Assembly: GCA_030390025.1 (NCBI GenBank)
Contig: CM059432.1
Coordinates: 75,394,001 to 75,458,000, forward strand
Length of the DNA stretch: 64,000 bases
Source: Squalus acanthias
Taxonomy: Eukaryota
Reading direction: 5' to 3'
Each line of letters starts with the position of its first letter. Position 1 is the stretch's first letter. The position numbers were made by a program, and so were the translations under genes. Under the pieces are notes generated by a model. That model saw nothing but the letters and a program-made list of their open reading frames with translations. It was not told where the DNA came from and made no database searches. Shown here one piece after another: positions 12,640-26,306 of the stretch.

Positions 12640-15168
12640 GGCCGTGAAATTGGAGCCATTAGCGTCGGCCATTAAGACCGGTTTGGAAGAAAAAATGGTG
12701 GCCGCTTTGCTTCCGCCCGCTTCTGGCGGGTCACGTGGCGGCCGCCATTTTGGGCAGGTCGCCAGCACTGCCATTGCCTGCGCTCGCTGCATATATTTAG
12801 ATGAGGCAGATTATGACATCAATGAGTGTGCAACGCTGATGTGATGCACGATCTGCCATTTTTCAACATCGCCGCTCCACTTACCGCCCTCTCCTAACTA
12901 CGACTAGCTGACCGTGCATTCAGCAACAGGAAGGACCCCCCAGCAGCGCTATTTAAAGGGATCATCATCAACAACAACTTGCAGCTGACATGCTTTTTCA
13001 CTTCTACTGAGTCTGTGTAAGTTTGTGCAACTGTTTGGGGCTTTCTAGAGTTAATTAAAGTTGCTGAGGTGACAGGGAGTGTTACTGTAAGTGGAGAACG
13101 CCTTGTTTCTCGTTTAAAGAGTTTTGCTCATGCTATTTGCTCCCAGTCGTGAGGGATCTACTTGCAGTCCCCCTTGCGCTTGAGTATGACAGGGAGATGG
13201 AGCGGAAGCAGCAAAGAAGAGGACAAGATGCTCGCAGAGGGAGGAGGAGGAGGGGCAGGAGGGCTCAGCAGGAGGCTTTACCCACCTGGGGTCTTTAGGG
13301 AGCACTTCTCCTACCTGCACCTAAGCCAGGAACAGTGTATTAGGAGGCTCCGCTTCACCAAGGAGATGGTCACAGAACTCTGCCACCTCCAGCAACCAGA
13401 CCTACAGCCTGAGAGCAGGGCAACCACGGCTCTCCCAGTGGCCCTCAAGGTCACCGTGGCCCTCAATATTTTCGCCACCGGATCTTTCCAATCTGGAGTA
13501 GGCGACACAGCTAACATCTCCCAGTTCGCCATCCATCGCTGCATCCGGGAGGTCACAGAAGCTTTGTACTCCAGGAGAAGAAACTACATTGTCTTCTCTC
13601 TGAACAGAGAGAAGCAGAGCGATGTGTATGTGGCTTTGCCAGGATATTGGGCTTCTCCATGGTGCAGGGCGCCATCGACTGCACACACGTGGTTTTCTGG
13701 GTGACATATACCAATCCTGAGATGTTCCATAACCGCAAAGGCTACCACTCACATAATGTGCAGTTGTTGTGCGACCACGCTCAGCATCATGATGGTGAAT
13801 GCCCTGTATCCTGGCAGCAGCCAGCAATCTTCCAGCCACCACGCCAGACCCGAGGTGGCTGCTTGGAGACAAGGGCTATCCACTCTACACCTGGTTCATG
13901 ACTCCCCTCCGCAGCCCCACCACCCCAGTACTCATATAATGACAGCCATGCTGCCATGAGGAACATCATCGAGCAGACCACCGGGGTGCTAAAGCAATGG
14001 TTCCATTACCTTGACCACTTGGGAGGAGCCCTCCAGTACTCGCTGGAGCGGGTGTCCCATTTTGTGTCATGCTCCACAACTTGACCATCATAAGGCGCAG
14101 CCCTTGCCACCACGGGTTCTGGGACCACCTCAGGAGGAGGAGGAGGAGGAGGAGGAAAGAAGAAGAGGAGGAGGAAAGGAGCAGGCAGGCAGCAGATCCC
14201 CATTCCGGACAGGCTGTCCGTGAGCGCCTCATCAGACTCCGATTCCAATGAATGAAACCCCAGATTCCTGTTGCTCATCACTTCCCCATCTTACCATCCT
14301 TCTGTCATGGAACATCACAGCGTCCTCCTAGGCACAAAGCTGAAATGAGAGCCACCAGAAAACAAACATTCCAAACATAATTTATAAATTGATCAAATGC
14401 AAATCTAAAGAACAACATCAACTAATCACCCTTATGCATTCCCTTAGTGTCTGTCTTTCGTGTACCTTTTCCTACTCTAGTGCTCCTACGAAGTGCTACC
14501 CCAGTGCCTGCAGCATGGCTGGTGGACTTTCCATAGGGGGCACTACAGATGGTCGTGCAGGATTATCTCGAGCAGCTCTGGGCCTAGAAGGCCCGGCTGT
14601 AGACTGGACTACCTCAGCATGAGCGGCAGCAGTCTGGGCTGGCTGGATGACAGGCAGCAGCAAGGGCACTGGCAGAGTCGCAGTGGTGGGAGTAGGAATG
14701 CTGTCATCCTGAGAGAGGACAGCAAGTTCTTGCTCCACAGGACCACTGCCACTCCCCCAGGGCGGAACCTCAGCATTCCTAGTCATCTGTTGGGGGACAG
14801 ATTGCTGGAGTGCTGCGAGACCCTGCAAGCCCCTTTCCACACTCGAGAAAGGAAGGTTTGTCAGTGAGTGTGGTGCAATGTGTTTGGGTGATGTGCCTGC
14901 CATGGTTAAATAGCTGGCAGTGTGTGCAAGGTGTGAGATGTGGGTGTGAGCCTTGCAGCAGTGGTGTGTGAGGGTAAAGTGAAGCTATGACTGTGAGGAA
15001 TGAATGGTGATTGCTAAAGATTGTGGGTAGGTGAGTGATGGGGGTGTGGTGCATTGAGCAGTGTGTGAGCTTATGATGCAGATGGTGGGATATGGCATTT
15101 GATGATGCATTCACTCACCTTGACTACTTGTGTGAGGTCATTAAACTTTTTGCAGCACTGGATCCAGT
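12640..15168 (+). mobile_element. PIF/Harbinger transposon, decayed and truncated at the right end
   Basis: Left end GGCCGTGAAATT; frameshifted transposase on plus; Myb/SANT gene remnants on minus (14450-15165). Confidence 0.85.
13130..14251 (+). pseudogene. Harbinger (HARBI1-like) DDE transposase pseudogene
   Basis: ALKVTVALNIFATGSFQ, GAIDCTHV, NRKGYHS and LGDKGY motifs spread over several frames. Confidence 0.88.
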
Positions 15169-15299
15169 AGCTCTGTGGCCTTGTCCTAGATGATGGGGAC
15201 TATTTATCAAAAGTGCTAAAGAAAAAAATCAACACTATTTTGCTTTAAGTACATTAGATCCTTTTCCTGTATACTTTCTAATTATGAAAATAAAACTGG

Positions 15300-16185
15300 C
15301 AGTGATGCTGCAGGCTGCAGGAAGATATCAATGGACTGGTCAGGTGGGCAGAAAAGTGGCAAATGGAATTTAATCCGGAGAATTGTGAGGTAATGCATTT
15401 GGGGAGGGCTAATAAGGCAAGAGAATACACAATAAATGGTAGGACACTGAGACGTGTAGAGGAACAGAGGGACCTTGGAGTGCATGTCCACAGATCCCTG
15501 AAGGTAGCAGGACAGGTAGACAAGGCGGTTAAGAAGGCATACGGAATACTTGCCTTTATTAGCCGAGGCATAGAATATAAGAGCAGGGAGGTTATGCTTG
15601 AACTGTATAAAACACTAGTTAGACCACAGCTAGAGTACTGCGTACAGTTCTAGTCACCACATTACAGGAAAGATGTGATTGCACTAGAGAGGGTACAGAG
15701 GAGATCTACGAGGATTTTGCCAGGACTGGAGAATTTTAGCTATGAGGAAAGATTGGATAGGCTGGGGTTGTTTTCTTTGGAGCAGAGGAGGCTGAGGGGA
15801 GATTTAATTGAGGTGTATAAAATTATGAGGGGCCTAGATAGACTGGATGGGAAGCACCTATTTCCTCTTGCAGAGAGGGCAATAACCAGGGGGTATAGGT
15901 TTAAAGTAATTGGTAGAAGGATTAGAGGGGATTTGAGGAGAACTTTTTTCACCCAGCGGGTGGTGGGGGTCTGGAACTCACGCCTGAAAGGGTAGTAGAG
16001 GCAGAGACCCTCATCGCATTTAAGAAGTACTTGGATATGCACTTGAGGTGCCGTAACCTACAGAGCTATGGACCAAGAGCTGGGAAGTGGGATTAGGCTG
16101 GATAGCTCTTTTTCGGCCGGCACAGACAGGATGGGCCGAATGGCCTCCTACTGTGTCCAGATTTCTATAATTCTATGATTCTATG
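15300..16185 (+). mobile_element. CR1 LINE 3' fragment
   Basis: ORFs 15363-15653 and 15675-15995 (LVRPQLEYCVQF, RRLRGDLIEVYKIM); (TTCTATGA)n tail. Confidence 0.92.
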
Positions 16186-16349
16186 TTATTCTCAGATATA
16201 TTTTAACACACTAGTTTTTTACATGTATTTAACACTTGGTTATCTTCATCAATCATCTACTCTCTTGAAGATATTGATTGTTTGCTAGGATATGACTTCA
16301 TGGGCACCAGTCACCATCGATGTCTTAATCAAGTGGTCGGAGTGTTGGC

Positions 16350-16635
16350 ATGCCATTTAACCATAGGAAGCATTACAGTTGAGCCTGAACTTGTCCTCAC
16401 CTGATGTTCATGCACTCACGATTCCAGTAGAGGTCATCGAATAATGATCAGGAGTGACAATCCTGACTAATTTCCTCCTCCTTTATTCAGGGGCACTGCG
16501 GCAAATTGTAGCATCCCTACTGCCACCCCAGCTAAGATCAGCCAACTCAACACAGACTGTGCATCAAACCTGTGTCCTTTGTGCTCTGCACGACTCAGCT
16601 ATTCATTGGATAACCTCACTGCGCCACTGGGGGAC
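16350..16635 (-). mobile_element. LF-SINE-like SINE
   Basis: Reverse-complement similarity to 8425-8700. Confidence 0.55.
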
Positions 16636-18158
16636 CCGCTGTGTGTGACATTTAACTTTGCATAATAATAAAGCAATGTTTATAGCTGATGTGGCTCAGT
16701 AAAATAGAATGATGTTATTTTAGTATCATCCTCAAAAAAATATTATTGTGATATGCATCATATGCTAGTTCCTACATTACAACATTGACTATACATCAAA
16801 AAGTACTCCATTGGCTGTAGAGAGTTTGGGGATGTCCGGTGGTCGTGAAAGGCGCTATATAAATGCAAGTCTTTCTTTCTTCTTTCTTTAGTTCTGAAAT
16901 GTTATAATTTAAAGTTTTTATAGTATTATTTTCTCTCTCCGTGGTTTCACGGCTGTTTCTTAACCCATATGAAGCTGTATCTTGTTTTGATAATCTGCCC
17001 TTGCAGTGTTGTATGAGATGAGTCTTAAAAATGACCTTTTTATATGCTTACTGATTAAATATAATTATCATGTATGGAACAGTTCTTACAGATTAAAACA
17101 ACTTTAATATTTATTTACAAATAAATGGCAATAAGAAGCAGAAAAAAGTTGGCAAATACCATTAAGTACAAATATTTAACATAAATATAATTGACAAAAT
17201 TCATAAATGGACTAATTATTCTTTTCAAGAAAATAAAATTATTGGACAGAAAATGATGACACACCTGAAATCTCAATATGCACAACCAGCACCAAAGCTC
17301 TGTGCTGAGAGTTCTAAAGAAGAATATGTACCCAAACTCTCTGGATTGGCAAATGATGCTGTCTTTGATCTCAGTGTTCATTGGATTTGAATTATGTGTC
17401 TAACATAAGCTTCGGGTTGTGGAGTTCTCCATATGACTAAATCCCAGGACTCAGATGAAGAACTGCGTGGCAAGTTTTTGTTTTAGAAATGTATTTAACT
17501 TAATTGAAATCACAAATTAAATAACAGGAAATATGTACTGCTCTCTGCAGCTCTCTTTTCTGTCACACATTTCCTGACAAATACGTTTAGGAGCTAAGTG
17601 TGACAAGAGATTCACAATGGACAATAAACAGCTGTTTCAGAATGCAGTTACCTCTGCTGTTTGCATTAAATGCAGTCATTAGCAATTTAAATCAGTGGCC
17701 TAATTTACAATAGACTCAAACCCACTTCTGCTCATTCAGTCATGGGAACAAAGCCATCTGATCTGTTGAGCTAATAACAGCATCTGTTCTTTCAGTATGG
17801 GCAATCCATACGCTTCGATATGATGTCAATGTACTAATCTGAATGTTAGGCATTGTCAATGAGAAAAGTTATATAATTTACTTAAGGCTAGTCAGAATTA
17901 TAAAATTTAAAAGAAGTCTATTTTTAAAAAACAATAAGATGTTTTTCCATGTTTGCTGGGATGTTAAATTTAATGTTTTAAGTTATTTTTATGTACAATT
18001 TCACCCTCCGTACATTACAACAGTGACTACACTTCAAAATTGGATGTAAATTGCTTTGGGATGTCTTGATGTCGTGAAAGGCACTATATAAATGCAAGTC
18101 TTTCTTTCTAAAAGTGAATATAACCATAAAATTGCAAACAGATTCAAGACAATTTGTA

Positions 18159-19133
18159 CATAGAAACATAGAAACATAGAAGATAGGAGCAGGTGTAGGC
18201 CATTCAGCCCCTCGAGCCTGCTCCGCCATTCAATGAGATCATGGCTGATCATTCAAATTCAGTACCCTGTCCCTGCCTTCTCTCCATATCCCTTGATCCC
18301 TTTAGTTTTAAGAAATATATCTAACTCCTTCTTGAATATATTTAATGAATTGGCCTCTACTGCCTTCTGTGGTAGAGAATTCCACAGGTTCACCACTCTC
18401 TGGGTGAAGAAATTCCTCCTCATCTCAGTCCTAAATGGCTTACCCCTTATCCTTAGACTGTGACCCCTGGTTCTGGACTCCCCGGCCATCGGGAACATCC
18501 TTCCTGCATCTAGTCTGTCGAGTCCTGTTAGAATTTTATAAGTTTCAATGAGATCCCCTCTCATTCTTCTAAACTCCAGTGAGTATAAGCCCAATCGACC
18601 CAATCTCTCCTCATACGCCATTCTTGCCATCCCGGGTATCAGCCTGGTGAATCTTCGCTGCACTCCCTCCATGGCAAGAACATCCTTCCTCAGATAAGGC
18701 GACCAAAACTGCACACAATACTCAAGATGTGGTCTCACCAAGGCCCTGTACAACTGCAGCAAGACATCCTTGTTCCTGTACTCGAACCCTTTCGCTACGA
18801 AGGCCAACATACCATTTGCCTTCTTAACCGCCTGCTGCACCTGCATGCTTACCTTCAGCGATTGGTGCGCAATGACACCCAGGTCTCGTTGCACTTCCCC
18901 TTCTCCCAATCTATTGCCATTCAGATAATAATCTGCCTTCCTGTTTTTGACACCAAAGTGGATAACCTCGCATTTATCCACATTATATTGCATCTGCCAT
19001 GCTTCTGCCCAATCACCTAACCTGTTCAAATCATACTGGAGTTTCTCGGCATCCTCCTCATGGCACACACTCCCACCCAGCTTTGTGTCGTCTGCAAACT
19101 TGGAGATATTACATCCAATTCCATCGTCCAGAT
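18159..19133 (-). mobile_element. CR1 LINE 3' fragment (young)
   Basis: Uninterrupted 269-aa CR1 RT C-terminus (18259-19068) preceded by SKFADDTK; (CATAGAAA)n tail. Confidence 0.95.
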
Positions 19134-19476
19134 CACCTCCCTGGGTGACCAGTTTTGCTTGCTTTCAAGTCATACTGTGTTACACTAAAATAAATACCAA
19201 AGTTGTAGTAGGAAAGCTACTCTAATACTGTAATATTAAACTGATAGAACTAGAATATATTCTTAAAATGCAATTGTGCCTAAAATAAAATCTCTAAATA
19301 ATTTAATTCTGCTTACCTGTCAGCCCTATTTTCCCTTTCTCTTTTTTGAGCTGTCCTTTTTGTACTTTTTTTGCTTTAATTATCAATTTTTTCCATTTAA
19401 TTTTTGCCATTTGTTCACATACACAAATCTTTGAAGATGGCAGGATAAGTTGATAAGGCTGTTAAAAAAGCATACG

Positions 19477-20220
19477 AGGGTAGAGTTTCCGGTAGATTTT
19501 GCTGTATTTAACCAGTGCCGTTCACCCAAAATTGGCCAAACCAGCACAAAAGATCGAGGAATTTCAAGCAAATTATATCCAGTGCAAATCGAGTTTCCGC
19601 GATCCTTTGCACTGCTTTAAAAAATATTGCACTAGAAGCTGGCCTCGCCCACAAACTGGCCACGGCCCCAGATCGAATGAATCACCATTGCGAGTTTCCT
19701 CTAATTGCGCTGTTTGCAGGCCTTCGAGGAGATTCTTAAACTTAAGCTTTTTTTTAGGTGCAAGAGCACTAATAGGCACCTTTTAAAAGGTTTTAAATAT
19801 TAAAAAAAGTTTAATTTATATGAAGAAGCTGTACACCAATGAAACTAGTAAATATTTCTGTATAGTTTTTTTAAAGTCATTTTCAGTCATTTAAAATCAG
19901 GTTACTCAGAGGTGGTAGACTAGACACTCTTCTTAAAAATCATTATTTTTGTGATAAACCCATTTACAGCTGTATTAATAAAACTGTACCGGGTTACCAC
20001 TCTTAAATAGATCAATGAATATTTTTTGATGCAAGAAATAAAATAAACAGTTCCGTTCTAAAAACGCTGCCCGATTGCGCTGGTTCATGGAAGGTTTTAC
20101 ATTCTGCGATATGCAAATGAGTTTGAGCGGAGACTTGAACAAAAAATTTAATTCAGAAAACTAGCGCAAAACAATTTGCACCTGGATTATCGATTGCGCT
20201 CAAAGCGGAAACCCTCCCCC
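19477..20220. mobile_element. Non-autonomous DNA transposon (Harbinger-type MITE) inserted in CR1
   Basis: Imperfect TIRs AGGGTAGAGTTTCCG / CGGAAACCCTCCCCC; interrupts CR1 at AAAGCATAC..GGATCTTTGGCTTT. Confidence 0.75.
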
Positions 20221-20304
20221 TGGATCTTTGGCTTTATAAATAGTGGCATAGAGTAAAAAAGTAAGAAAGTTATGCTAAACCTTTATAAATTACTGGTTAG
20301 AAAA

Positions 20305-20490
20305 GAAAAAAAAAGACTCGCATTTATATAGCGCCTTTCATGACCTCAGGACATCCGAAAGCGCTTTACAGCCAATGATGTACTTTTGAAGTGTAGTCAC
20401 TGTTGTAATGTAGGAAATGCAGCAGCAAATTGTGCACAGCAAGCTCCCACAAACAGCAATGTGATAATGAGCAGCTAATCTGCTTTAGTT
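20305..20490 (-). mobile_element. Deu-domain SINE 3' fragment
   Basis: Matches 9912-10095. Confidence 0.75.
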
Positions 20491-21369
20491 ATGTTAGGCC
20501 TCAGCCGGAGGATTGTGTCCAATTCTGGGCGCTACACTTTAGGAAGGATGTCAAGGCCTGGAGAGAGTGAAGAGGTGATTTACGAGAATGATACCAGGGA
20601 TGAGGAAATCCAATTGTGTGGAGAGACAGGAGCAGCTGGGATTATCCTCCTTAGAGTAGAGAAGGTTAACGGGAGATTTAATTGAGGTGTTCAAAATTCT
20701 GAAGGGTTGAAATTCAGAACTTGTTTCCACTGGCAGGAGGGTCAGTAACCAGAGGGCAGAGATTTCAGATAATTGGCAAAAGAACAAGAGGGGATATGAG
20801 GAGAAATATTTTTTACACAGCAGCCGGAATTTTCTGGGGTCCATGCAGGTGCAATCGAAGGTGGGTCAGGTTGGAAATTTGAATAAGTTGGAGCCGGTCG
20901 GGAACCCGCCATCATCCTGTCACCACGCGCCTTTCCCTCGGGCACGTTTGCCGGTGTGGCAGCGACCCGAATGGCAGAGGCGGGCGACCTAATTCAAATC
21001 ATTATCAGCTTGTTGTCAGACCCTTAAGCGTATTTTTTAGCCTACCTTTCAAATTTCCCTGCATGACCACGGGAATCAAGCAGCTCGGGAACCAGGTCTG
21101 TCAACCTGAGACGGGAGTTGAGTGGCCATTGATCCAGCTGATTAGTTGACCGCATGAAATGCACTATAAAAGCTCCCACCTCACAGCTGATCACTTTCCT
21201 CAGGCAGAAGCTGTTGCTGACTGCATTCCCAGCACAGATTTAGCTTTCTACAGGCTGCAAGTGTTTCCAGCAAAGTCGCCATCCAGTCTCACCTCATTGG
21301 TAGAACCTATCACACCATTGACAGATTGCTTCTCTCATCTCTACTTGTCCTGCCATCTACTCCATCAGC

Positions 21370-22590
21370 ATGGGTGCCGTTTATACTGTCTCACCTTGGT
21401 CCTCAGAATCGGACCATGATGAGCCCCAACACCAGCAGGATCAGGTACACCAGCAGCACCAACAACAACACCACCAACCTTCTCCTCAACCACCTGATGC
21501 TGCACAGGACAGAAGGCATCAGTGCAGGGCTGCACCGCACAGGAGGTGGTACCCCCAACACAGGGTATACAGGCAGAGGATGAGCTTCCTCAACATGACT
21601 GAGCAGCAGTGCCAAAGGAGGCTCAGGCTATCGTGCCAGGTCGTCGCAGACATTTGCACGTTGCTGAAGCAAGAGCTGCAGCCCAGAGGAGCAGGTGGAC
21701 ACGCCTCACCAGTGGTTGTCAAAGTCACCAGCGCCCTCAACTTCTCCGCCTCAGGCTCCTTCCAGGGATCTGCAGCAGACATTTGCAGTATCTCGCAGTT
21801 GGCCGCCCACAGATACATCACACAGGTCACCGATGCCCTATTTGACAAGTCAGCCAATTAAATTAACTTTGCCACTGATGAAGCCAGTGTTACTGAGCGG
21901 GCGCTCGGCTTTGCCACTCTGGCTGGCTTCCCATGGGTGCAGGGCTGCACACATGTGGCCATCAGGGCACCCCATCATAACCCATAATTCTTTGTGAACC
22001 ACAAGGGCTTCCACTCCCTCAATGTGCAGCTGGTCTGCAACCATAGGAAGATCATCATGCATGTGTGCGCCAAATTCCCTGGCAGCTGCCATGACTCTTT
22101 CGTCCTTTGCCAGTCCACCCTCCCTCAGCTCTTCACTCCTCCAAACAGACTTTCCAGCTGGCTACTTGGAGACAAGGGCTATCCACTGAAGTCGTGACAT
22201 CCTTGAGGAGGCCAAGTACTGAGACCCAGGAGAGATATAGTGAAAGCCACATTTCCACCAGATGTGTCATAGAGCAGACAATAGGCATGCTCAAAATGCG
22301 CTTCAGATGCCTTGACAGATCTGGAGGAGCCCTTAAGTATACTCCAGCCAGGGTCTCCAGAATCGTTGTGGTCTGCTGCGCCCTTCATAACATAGTGCAG
22401 CAGCGAGGATTAGCGCTGCATGAGGAGCAAGGCACTGAGCGCACAGCCTCTTTAGAGGAGGAGGAGCATCAGCTGGAAGATGAAGAGGAGCAGGAGCTGG
22501 AGGAACCTGCAGGCCAGATCCCACCAGCACCCAAGCACATTGATGCCCGGGAGACCAGGGATGGCCTCATCATGGCCAGATTTACTCAAC
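21370..22590 (+). pseudogene. Harbinger transposase pseudogene
   Basis: ORFs 21370-21861, 21994-22197 and 22107-22676 align piecewise with the intact 37792-39051 protein; stop codon and frameshifts. Confidence 0.92.
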
Positions 22591-22864
22591 TTTACGCAGG
22601 ACACCCATATGGCTGCCACATGCTGCGCCAGGTTGGCACCAGCCCACAGCAACACCATAAAGGATCCCTACGATAACCAAGCCATTCCTTTCACACTGAC
22701 CACCATTGCTGGAGGTATCGTTATGTCTCACCATTCACTGCAACTCACCATGCTACTTCCAAAGATGCACATAAACTTGTCCAAGTGGTGAAAATAACGA
22801 TTTTTATGGTTGAAATCACACTATTGGAAACTTGACATTAACATTGAATAAAACAGCCAAGTGG

Positions 22865-23270
22865 CTTTTTTTTTAATTAGTTTTTTTATGGGATCAGGGC
22901 ATCGCTGGCAATGCCAGCATTTATTGCCCATCCCTAGTTGCCCTTGAGAAGGTGGTGGTGAGCCGCCTTCTTGAACCGCTGCAATCCGTGTGGTGATGGT
23001 ACTCCCACAGTGCTGTTAGGGAGGGAGTTCCAGGATTTTGACCCAGCGATGATGAAGGATCGGTGATATACTTCTAAGTCAGGACGGTGTGTGACTTGGA
23101 GGGGAACTTGGAGGTGGTGGTGTTCCCATGCGCCTGCTGCCCTTGTCCTTCTAGGTGGAAGTGGTCGCGGGTTTGGGAGGTGCTGCCGAAGAAGCCTTGG
23201 CGAGTTGCTGCAGTGCATCTTGTAGATGGTACACACTGCAACCACAGTACGCCAGTGGTGGAGGGAATGA
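22865..23270 (-). mobile_element. 3' fragment of a CR1/Jockey-group LINE, nested in the Harbinger
   Basis: Reverse complement of 34195-34590 (VCTIYKMHCSNSPRLL, KKAAHHHLLKGN). Confidence 0.85.
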
Positions 23271-23295
23271 ATAGAGGGAGGCTACCCTTGTGAAT

Positions 23296-25152
23296 CTACT
23301 TGTGTGTCATCTTTCTCTTACGCGTGCTTCTACGAGGTGCTACCTCTGTGGCTTCAGCAGAGATAGAGGCAGCCTGCTCACTTCCCTACTGCGACTGCTT
23401 AGACACTCTTGGCGGACGTCCTCTGGGTTTTGGAGCCTCTGATGGCCCCGCCAAAGTCTGCTCCTCCTGCAACTGTACAGCGGCAGACTTGGCCATTGCT
23501 GTCCGAGGAGCCATCTGGGGTTCTGACTGAGGGGGTGGCAACGGGGGAGAAGTGTAAGTGCTTTGAGGGGAGCCCAGACTTCCATGTCCCCTCTCACAAT
23601 CATCAATCTCATGGGCCACCCGCACATTCCTGCTAGCAAGAAGCTGGAGAGCACCTTGCTGCACATCAGTGGTACAATGAGGACCCATGTCTACACAGGT
23701 CTATGAGCCTTTGCCATCTATTCTCCATAGATAGCATGTGCTCATGTGAGTGGCACATGAGCTGCTCCATGCAGGTGGCCACCTTTCCATGAAAGAGCCT
23801 ACAGTCACCATCACCTGCGACATGGTGGTGCTTATGTTGGAGATGGACTCCTCCATTCTCTGAACATTTGCAGACATTGCACTTACAAAACCTGTCAGAG
23901 CCTCCTGCACTTCTTCCTGCACCTCCAGGATCGCCCTCTTTCTGTATGGCCCCCGAGGCTCAGCGTCTGCATGCAGCTGAGCAGAGCTGGGAGCGTCCTG
24001 TGTCCTCAGGCGAGGAGTCTACACTGCTGTCCATCTCCACCATCTCCTCTTGCTCACTTGTGACTTGTGACACACCAGGTGACAACACTACTCTATCTCG
24101 CGAGGGACCCACCGAGGTGTGCGTCTCTGCGCTGGTGCTGGGTGCGATTATGTCTGGTGATGGTGTGCCCTCAGAGGCTGGAGGCTCTTCTGAGGAGTTG
24201 TCTTCCTCTGCCTCCTGGACAGTGGGGAGGGGGTGGGGGGGCAGGCGGGTGTGCTCTTTATGGACCTGTGGGAGAGTAAAGGGATGAGTTAGATATGTCA
24301 TTTGAAGATACTATGATGCATATGATGACTATTCAGTGGCTGATGACATCAGTCACCATATGAGTGACTGATATATGTCATGTTGCTGTATGTTATGTAA
24401 TTCTGTCACCCGGTTGCTGAGATGACCCCCTCTCTCCGTCTCCCACCTCCAGCTGCTCGGCGACTCCCGATACTTCTAACGCAGCCTCCTCTGCTGGTGT
24501 AAGGTTTGAAAATGATGGAGGGCCACCGCCGCTTCTCTCCCTCTCCCTCTTATCGTGGGCTCTCTTTTCATGCAAGGAGGGAAAGATGAGAAGGTTGAGT
24601 GAGTGTGATGGCATGAGTGTAAGGAATGTGTGGGTTACATCTTTAGAGGGAGGCTATGATGGAGTGGGGTGACAATTCCAAGTGGCCTCCTTGTGTGTTG
24701 TTAGTTGGTATGATTGCATTAGGATCAGGGTGAGTGTGAGGGGTGGCTAGTAAGATGGGCATGTGATAATGTAGCTAGAGAGAGGGATGGGTGGACGTGC
24801 AAGGTATGTTGGTGTGAGTAAGGATGGGCAGGAGTAGGGTTGGGAAGACAGAGTGATGGGGATGTGATGAGAAGGAACAGCAGGATGAGGTTGAGTGTGG
24901 CTTTCCACTCACCTTTCCTGATCTAATGAGATCATTGAAACGTTTCCGGCACTGCGCCCAGGTCCTCCTGAACACATCCCTGCTGTTGACCTCCTCTGCA
25001 ATTTGGAGCCAGGCTCTTTTTGTCTCCTGGGGAGGTCCCTTCCGCCCATTTGAAGGGAAGAGGGCCTCCATGCATGCTCTGACTCCCTCCACAAGCATAT
25101 AGGGGGAGTCATCGGAGAACCTGGGTGCAGCCCTCTGCCTCTGTGTTGTCAT
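23296..25152 (-). pseudogene. Harbinger Myb/SANT-like DNA-binding gene (3 exons), decayed
   Basis: Exon 1 APRFSDD..AWLQIAEEVNS..RTWAQCRKRFNDL ends at a GTGAGT donor (~24911); exon 2 EKRAHDKRERERSGGGPP; exon 3 ends PRRSTRKRK. Confidence 0.85.
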
Positions 25153-26306
25153 GTTTCCAAGTGTTTGGAACAATGAAAACCTCTAGTGTGCTACCTGCAC
25201 ACTCCTAGATGAACCTTCAAATGCAGAGTGGCCATGGCTCCTTTAAATATCCCAGCTGAAAACGCATCATCGATGATGTCATCAGACCCACACCTTTTAA
25301 TAAGGCCGGGTAACGTGCAGGGCGGGCTTAATAGGCCCCATTAGCGCAAAGTCCATTTCTGCACCGAGATGGAAGCAAGAACGGGGTCGTGACCTGCCAC
25401 GGCGACCACCCACATCGGACCCGCCCAGGTAAAGAAAATTCCGGCCCGCGAGTTGTTATGATCTGGAATACACTGCCTGGAAGGGTGATGGGAGCAGATT
25501 TAATAGTAACTTTCAAAAGTGAATTGGATAAACACTTGAAGAGGAAAAGTTGGCAGAGATATGGGGAAAAAGCAGGGATGTGCAGATAATTGGATAGCTA
25601 TTTCAATGAGCTGGCACAGGCACAATGAGCCAAATGGCCTCCTTCTATGCTGTATAATGCTATGATTCTATCTATTCTATTTTCCTAACCCTTTTCTTCC
25701 TAAATAAATTAATTTTAAGTTCTTCTAATTAGCTTATTTTCTGTCCCTTGGTTCCGCCATTCATTTGGGAAGTGGGAGCGTTTTATTTAAAAAATGGATT
25801 TGCATTAGCTGCAATTAGCCAATTGAAAGTCTAGACTTGGAAGGTTGACCTAGTCACATCATAAATCTGCATAGGTCCATCTCTAATACATTTTCACGTA
25901 TCAAATCAGAAATAAGGCTGCTAGACTATACCCATTGGTATACGCCCCCTCCCCCCCACCACGCCACAGGATTTACTTGTGGGCCGGTTCAGTGTTCAAG
26001 CTGGCAGATTGTAAGAAGAGCTCGACTGGTGAGCTACATTGGGACACCCGATTGACATTCAGGAGGTCTAAACAAATCTCTAAAGGACCTATACTTTTAT
26101 CGAAGCTTACACAGAAATCTGACAGTTTAATGTCTGACTTTGTACTGTTGATAAACTTGTAGCATGTAACTGGGGTGTCAGGGCCCGAATTGACACTGAA
26201 GTGAAGTAGATTGATACTACCTTCTGCAGGGAGTCTCAATGCTCTTTGCTCTGGTGCTAGGCTAGGCCCTGACTCCAGATTCAGGCTGCAATTACACTAT
26301 AAAGCG

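Larger units (their letters stand above)
20822..25447 (+). mobile_element. Full-length but decayed PIF/Harbinger transposon
   Basis: TIR core GCCGGAATTTTCT / AGAAAATTCCGGC; convergent transposase and Myb genes; interrupts a CR1. Confidence 0.92.
19430..25680 (+). mobile_element. CR1 3' fragment split by a MITE, a SINE and a Harbinger element
   Basis: CR1 pieces 19430-19476, 20221-20300, 20493-20821 and 25448-25680 join colinearly (e.g. TTTTACACAG | CGAGTTGTTATGATCTGGAA). Confidence 0.8.

Noticed and set aside
25970..26027. Possible small exon (CAG|..|GTGAGC)
   Set aside because: Unrecognised peptide and no supporting neighbouring exons.
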